A DNA stretch of 64,000 bases, taken from assembly GCA_951406725.2 (NCBI GenBank), contig OX597825.1, positions 54,064,001 to 54,128,000 on the forward strand. The letters are read 5' to 3'. The position numbers were made by a program, and so were the translations under genes. Shown piece after piece: positions 56,427 to 64,000 of this stretch (positions are counted from its first letter, which is position 1; the number at the start of each line of letters is the position of its first letter). The notes under the pieces were generated by a model. The model was not told the DNA's origin. It saw nothing but the letters and a program-made list of their open reading frames with translations, and searched no databases. Origin of the DNA: Octopus vulgaris (Eukaryota).

Positions 56427-58260
56427 AGAAATTAAAAAAGGAAAATACGCACCTTACATAGTTTTAATATCATTTTTAATATATCGACCGGTTTCGCTGT
56501 CGCTATTCTTGATATTATGTTTTACTTATTTGAATATATATTTTTTCTTAAGAAATTTGGTCCATGTTGTGTGTGAGGAAATTCACGAGTAAATGACTTC
56601 ATAAGTAGATAAATAAAGGGAGGTAATTGGTTGTCGTTATAATTGTTATTGTTGTGTGTAAGGGAGATAACTGTTCAACTTTCGGTAATGGTCGGGGATT
56701 ATATATGTGTACAGACAGAGACAAGTTTCAAAAACCTTGTTTAGTAGGGGATTTACGTACAGTGATGTAATCGTGAATTGAAATGTGTAAAAAGATAAAA
56801 GTTGGTTATGAGTGCATATTAAGACGTGTTTTGTATTTTTCAATGAAAAAGGTTTCTTTATTTAAACGCTCTAGTTGAGAGATTGCGTCTTTGCACTGGT
56901 AGAAAGGGAAGACTGTGAAATTTGGTTTTATTTTACCTGCACATTTTTCTATATGTTCCCTGAGAGGAATTTGTCTGTATTGCGGGAAACGGATTTGCTC
57001 CTTATGTAGAGTGGTTCTCTTTCTCATTGTCATACTAGTTTGTCCAATATAGTGGTGTCCGCAACCCGAGCAGGTTATTACATAAATTAGTTTCTCAGAG
57101 GCACAGGTGAAACTAGTTCTTAATTGTGAACCTCTGTACTTGTTTGAAAAGAAAATCTGAGCCTCCAAGCATGTTGGGGCAGATTCCACAGTTTGGGCGT
57201 CCACATTTTTCAACCGTTGGTTTCGTGGTTGTTGTGTAAAGCTTCACATTTGTTAGTAGTCTCTTTAGCGATTTGTCTTGTTTTTTGTATTTGATGAGTT
57301 TGTGTGTTTTCAGGATGTCGTTCATTTTTGGATCACCAGTTAGTAAAGGAAGAGTTTGCACAATAGTGTTGAACACCTCACGGTTTCTGAGGTTGTATGT
57401 TGATATAATAGTAATGTTTTGGTTTGAGCTGTGGTGCTATGTTTTTTTGTTTTTAGTGCTTTTGTGTCTAATTGATTGGCACGTTTAATTCCCTCTTCGA
57501 TAAGAGAGGATGAATATTGTCTTTCAATAAGTGTTGTTTTGAGGTCTTGAAGACGAAGGTCCCGAGTTGTTCTATCAGACGCTATTGTGCAGATCCTTTT
57601 TGCTAAGTTGAAAGGGATGTTTATTTTTATGTGTTTCGGGTAGCATGAGTTAAAAGAAGATATTGTTTTAAGTAAGTTGATTTATAATAAATGTCAGTTA
57701 TGATTTCATTAACTTTTTTTATCATGATGTCTAAAAATGGAAGTTGTTCTTTGTTATATTCCATTGTCAATTTAATGTTACTATTTATGTTAGTGTTGTT
57801 TTGAAATCCATAAGTTTGTCGATGTTCTCCTTCCAGATGATAAAGCGGTCATCCAGGTATTGCTTCCAATTTTCTCTTATGTAGAGGTAAAATGGGTAAC
57901 CATATTTCTGAAGTGATACTTCATATAAGGTGAATTCAAAATAACCCATTATTAGGTTCGCAAGGACAGAAGCTGCTTTCGTCCCCATCGCAATTCCGCA
58001 TTTCTGACGATAGTATGTTTCATCAAATAGGAAATAATTCTTCTGAAGTATAAATTTTAAGGATTCAATAATAAAGACCTTGTTTATGCGTTCCAGGAGT
58101 ACTTCGGGGTAATTTTCCAACTAGAATTTAATTACTTTTATTCCATAGTCATGGGGGATGTTGGTGTAAAGATTGATAACATTAAGGGTAACAAATATTG
58201 CCTCTTCATTAATTGTTTTTGGTAGGTGTTCTAATATGTCTAAATCATCCCTAATGAAGA
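56425..58260 (-). mobile_element. Penelope-like element (RT plus GIY-YIG endonuclease), 5'-truncated and pseudogenised
   Basis: VINLYTNIPH, YYRQKCGIAMGTKAA, YLDD, LPFLD, CGRPNCGICP, LIYVITCSGCGHHYIGQTS..RKRTTLH, ERLNKETFFIEKYKTRLN. Confidence 0.95.
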
Positions 58261-58261
58261 A

Positions 58262-58631
58262 CAATGTGCAGGTAACATCAAACCAAATTTCACAGTCTTC
58301 TCTTTCTATCAGTGCAAAGACGCAATCTCTCAACTAGAACGTTTAAATAAAGAAAAGTTTTCATTGAAAAATACAAAACACGTCTTAATATGCACTCATA
58401 ATCAACTTTTATCTTTTTTCACTCGTGAATTTCATCACACACAACATGGACCAAATTTCTTAAGAAAAAATATATATTCAAATAAGTAAAACATAATATC
58501 TTGAATAGCGACAGCAAAACCGGTCGATATATTAAAAATGATATTAAAACTATGTAAGTGTGCGTATTTTCCCTTTTTAATTTCTGATATACATTACAAC
58601 TTACCACGTGGGGATAATCGAAATTACTCTT

Positions 58632-58635
<4 letters not shown>
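58262..58635 (+). mobile_element. Inverted partial pLTR of the Penelope-like element
   Basis: Reverse complement of about 56945-56790 joined to 56590-56425, with ~200 bp deleted; an inverted terminal copy is typical of PLEs. Confidence 0.92.
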
Positions 58636-58668
<33 letters not shown>

Positions 58669-58739
58669 AACACACGCTCACACATGCACATACACAGAAA
58701 ATACACAAACACGGACATGCAAGCACATGAATATGTAGA

Positions 58740-58803
<64 letters not shown>

Positions 58804-58814
58804 AGGAGGTGTTT

Positions 58815-59182
58815 TTGTTTGTTTTTTTCTGTGTTTGACCCACACCATCGCTTGACAGCCCATGTTAGTCTGTTTACGTTCCCGTAAACTAGCAGTTTGG
58901 CTAAAGAGCCTGATACAATAAATTCGAGGCTTACGAAGAATAGGTCCAGGTGGCGATTTCTTTGGCCAAATAGGTGGTGTTCCAGCATGGCCACAAAAAA
59001 AATGACAGAAACACGTAAAAGAATAAATTTATATACGACAGGCCTCTTCAAGTTCCATCCACCAAAGCAACTCAGGTTGGTCCGAGTCAATAGTACAAGA
59101 CACTTGCGTAAGGTTCTACGCAATGAGACTGAACACGAAACCACGTGGTTGGGAAGCAAGCTTCCTACAACACATCTACGCC
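58815..59182. mobile_element. SINE family A 3' half on plus (58815-59027) joined to 5' half on minus (59030-59182)
   Basis: CACCATCGCTTGACA..TCCAGCATGGCC forward; then CAAGACACTTG..GACTGAAC..AAGCAAGCTTC..CTACGCC reverse head. Confidence 0.8.
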
Positions 59183-59453
59183 TAAATATGTATATATCAA
59201 TTGGATATTGGCAAGAGACCTTATAGTGAGAGAACCAGTTTTGCCAGACTATGACACGTCTGTTCAAGTATGCGTGTTGCAATATATAAACATACGTAAC
59301 GATATCCTTCGACTAAGAGAAATGAAAAACAGTTTGTCGGTAAGGTTAAACTAGAAAGTCTTTATCAGTTTTATCAGAAACAGCTGAGAACTTGTTTTCA
59401 TGTCTTTCTCAGGAACTAAAATTTATGCGAATATATATATGTATCCACTAACA

Positions 59454-60135
<682 letters not shown>

Positions 60136-60381
60136 GAAATAAGTTACTTATGTTGGTGCATCCCGTTAAGTTGGAATAGCATGCACACACAACAATAATT
60201 TTCACATATCAACCTTGGTATATAAGTACCGGCAGAATGAAATACATATAATTCTTCCAGAGAATTAGATTCACCTGAATATATAATCTTGAGCTATTCA
60301 GACATGTGCGCTTTATCAAATGCAGAGTCTGTAATAAACTTTAAAATATGCAAAGGGTATGTTCTGAGGTTGGAAACAAGG

Positions 60382-60738
60382 ACAGGTGTCAATGAATTGC
60401 AGCCGTTTCTAACAGCGTATTTAATTGGTTAATGAGTGCAGTTTTACAATTCCAAAGAAACCGTTTTCTTTAAATGGATACTTTACAATGAAGGATATTC
60501 CAAATAATTTAACATAGTTTAATAAATTTTATACCCCGGAATTCAGTCAACTGAAATAGCAGCAGAATGTTGGAAATGTTAGCTCCGGGATTTAAGAAAT
60601 TTTAAAACTATCTTAAATTATTTGGTATGTCCCTCGTTTTAAAGCAGCCATCTTAAGAAAACGGTTTCTTTGTATATAAAGTACCCATTAATCAATTAAG
60701 GGAATCGTAGGAAACGGCCGCAGTGGATTGACACCTGT
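60382..60738. mobile_element. Foldback/MITE-like element with ~160-bp imperfect inverted arms
   Basis: ACAGGTGTCAAT/ATTGACACCTGT, CAAAGAAACCGTTTTCTT/AAGAAAACGGTTTCTTTG, CCAAATAATTTAA/TTAAATTATTTGG and CCCGGA/TCCGGG pair in nested order. Confidence 0.85.
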
Positions 60739-60780
60739 TATATTTTGTTATTTATAAACACACACACACATATCTATGTA

Positions 60781-60855
<75 letters not shown>

Positions 60856-61573
60856 TGATTTATATATACTTAAATATAAACCGTCCAGGCCGAATCGTTT
60901 GCATGCGGGAGAAAGCGTTTGATGGCATTACTTCTAGTTTTATATTAGGAGTTTAAATCTTCCCGGGTCGACTTTTTATTTCCATCCCTCTCTTGAACGA
61001 GAAAAAGAATAGCAGTTGAGCACGGAGATGGATATAATTCTCAAGACTGCACTCCATACCAAAAATGGCACGCATTGTGAATATAGTAGAAAGCACACAC
61101 ACACACACACATACATACACACACATACATACACACACTCACTTACAAACACACGCACACACACACATATATATAAGCCATTACCTAAGTTTTGGATATG
61201 TACCTCATTATTAGCCGATGGAGCACGTTCACTGCTTATGTCTACATGACGTCATCTATGGTATTTACACAACTGTCGCCGAATCTACCCCAGGAATTAC
61301 TGTGTTCCTTCATTATACAACAAATTATAGAGACGGAAAATAGAATATACGAGAAACTTTATTGCTCACAACATTGTGTGTGTGTGTGTATTCAGGGAGC
61401 GAAAGATTATTTGATAGACAAAGAGAGGAGATAAATGAATATAGATATAGAGGGAGAGAAATATAGATGTAGACGGATATAGAAAGATGTAGACATGGAT
61501 ATAGTTAGAGATACAGATACATATATGTATGCATGTAGATTGAGATAGATAAACGTAGGGATGATATAGATAG

Positions 61574-61610
<37 letters not shown>

Positions 61611-62270
61611 CAGACAGAGAGAGACAGAGAGACAGAGAGACAGAGAGACAGAGAGAAAGAGAGATGGATAGATAGTGACAGACAACTAAAATGTTGTGCC
61701 AAAACAAGCTAAAATCGAGGACATCTAAATCCAGTCAATGAAACTATATTCGTGCCACTGCAAGAAATATCGTATCAGTTAAAGACTGTTTCCTGGAAGA
61801 AAAAAATTAAGCATTCATACTGGATGACTAGAAATATTCTTAAAAAACAACTACAAGACGATCATACAGGAAGAATTGATTGTTATATTTCTCTATGAAT
61901 AAACGTAAATTTGGCTTCGGATTTTTCCCTCTTTTAAAATATGAATACAATAAATCACTTGATTTCAATAAAAAAGAGAACATCTATTTCAGAAACGAAA
62001 AACGAACAATTTTACAGATGTTGATTTCTTAATCGATGCATGTAGGCTTATATGAACATGCATTCATCGACATACATGTGTGTGTATTGTATTCATGCAG
62101 ATATATACACATGTGTAGATGTAACTATACATGTGTTTATGAATATACATTTGTATATACATGTGTATATATGTATATATATATATGTGTGTCTGTATGT
62201 GTGTGTGTGAATGTATGTGTGTGTGTATGTATAGTTAGCTAGATAGATAGTTAGAGAGAAATAGATATAT

Positions 62271-62348
<78 letters not shown>

Positions 62349-62449
62349 GTACGTGTAATATATATGTGAGCATATATACACATATTTGAAAATATAGGAA
62401 CGTATGTATAATACTATATAAGTATGTACAGTACATGTATATGTGGTTA

Positions 62450-62495
<46 letters not shown>

Positions 62496-63202
62496 CATAC
62501 GTACATATACATATGAAGAAGAGTTTTGTGTATATGATGGCATATACACACATATTAAGCATGTAGTTGCTCAATAAGGTGTAGATACTAGAATGAAAAG
62601 TATGACATAATGCGTTAAAGCCGAAGCATACAATAATTGTCTCCCTTTAGCCAGCGGTTAGTAATTTTCCATTTATTTCAGTACATAGTTTTGACTATTA
62701 CACCGCTTGTTAAAAACCTTTGATATTACATTTAAACTGCTGGCGAATTTCTAGAGCATGTTGAGTAATAATCTTTATCTTGCAATATTGCAACGATATC
62801 GATATGAAGCCTAAAGCAGTGCCACGTTATTTCACTATTTAGGTATGATTAGATAGGGTTGTCACTCTTACATTTTGTCATGGTTATGAGAGAATGAAGT
62901 TGAAGTGTTTCTTTTTAAATTGATCTTCCATCATGTAGTTATTAATTACGTACTGTGCATATTTTGATATTGTAACGGTCACCTCTGCGGCATGCATGAT
63001 AAATCCAATGTTGTATAACTAAATGTGGAAGATAAATTTCGATTTCTGTTGTTGCAGATAACCTCTGTTATATTAGTTATATTAGCTGGTTGTTAACTTA
63101 GAAGAAAGGATGGTCACAGATACAACATTTTTAATTACACTTTATCAGGTTTAATTAGTGGTTCACTAACATGTTCAGCAAAATACAAAAGTCATTGCAC
63201 AT

Positions 63203-63615
63203 TTCTCTTTTTTCTCTTTTAGTTTTTTCAGTCATTTTAATCGGCCATGCTGGAGCACCGCCTTTAGTCGAGCAAATCCGCCCTAGGACTTATTCTTTGT
63301 AAGCCTAGTACTTATTCTATGGGTTCCTTTTGCCGAACCGCTAAGTTATGGGAAAGTAAACACACCAGCATTGGTTGTCAAGCGATGTTTGGAGGACAAT
63401 AACTGACACACAAACACATACATACTCATACACATATACACACACATATATACATACATACGACGGGTTTCTTTCAGTTTCCGTCAACCAAATCAACTCA
63501 CAAGGCTTTGGTCTGCCCGAGGTTATAGTAGAAGACATTTTCCCAAAGTGCCACGCAGTCGGACTGAACCCAGAACCATGTGGTTGGTAAGCAAGCTACT
63601 TGCCACTCCTGCACC
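63203..63615 (-). mobile_element. SINE family A, full length
   Basis: Reverse complement of the 7510-8010 copy, including the internal simple repeat. Confidence 0.92.
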
Positions 63616-64000
63616 TATGCACCATTTGTGAATAAGTCTTAACAACCGCTAGCATAAACACCCACTTTGCTGCCCGTGGCAGGTTAATTTTGATGCAAAC
63701 ATCCGCACAAAACAAACCGCAAGAAATTAAATATCAATTACATAATTCTCTCAAATCTGAGATAATAGTAGGATTACTCTTTCTTCGCTATGTTTATCGT
63801 ATTAAGAAAAATGATAGAATACGAAATCTTAAGTAAGTATAATGAATTAACTTTATGGCATGATTTCATTTTGTGAATTTGCGTACTCTTAAAGTAGAAA
63901 ACCATGGTATTCATCCCAAATAGAAACTGGTTATAATTCACAATTTTATATTGCCTACCGTTTCGGAGATTGACATAAAGCTATTTTCTATATTAAAAAA

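Noticed and set aside
58419-59282. 287-aa ORF
   Set aside because: Chance read-through across SINE halves, microsatellites and the PLE pLTR.

Overview
AT-rich, microsatellite-saturated eukaryotic non-genic DNA. Its tRNA-derived SINE families resemble octopus (coleoid cephalopod) SINEs; this is inferred from remembered consensus sequences, not a search. No intact host gene is recognisable, and most supplied ORFs are translated microsatellites. The window holds many copies of two SINE families, two R4/Dong-clade retrotransposons in (TAA)n, and two Tx1/L1-like pieces, one of them young and sitting inside a (GATA)n array. It also has three Penelope-like (PLE) remnants, two mariner relics, CR1/L2 and RTE 3' ends, and foldback MITE-like elements. 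The most notable unexplained signals are: (1) a degraded family-B DNA polymerase-like relic at about 41.4-42.7 kb, which with several other decayed non-TE coding-like islands may be a fragmented endogenous large DNA virus; (2) a near-canonical minimal hammerhead ribozyme at 50764-50849 and several variant hammerhead-like motifs; (3) a Tx1-like element apparently targeting (GATA)n; (4) a SINE trimer under one target-site duplication.
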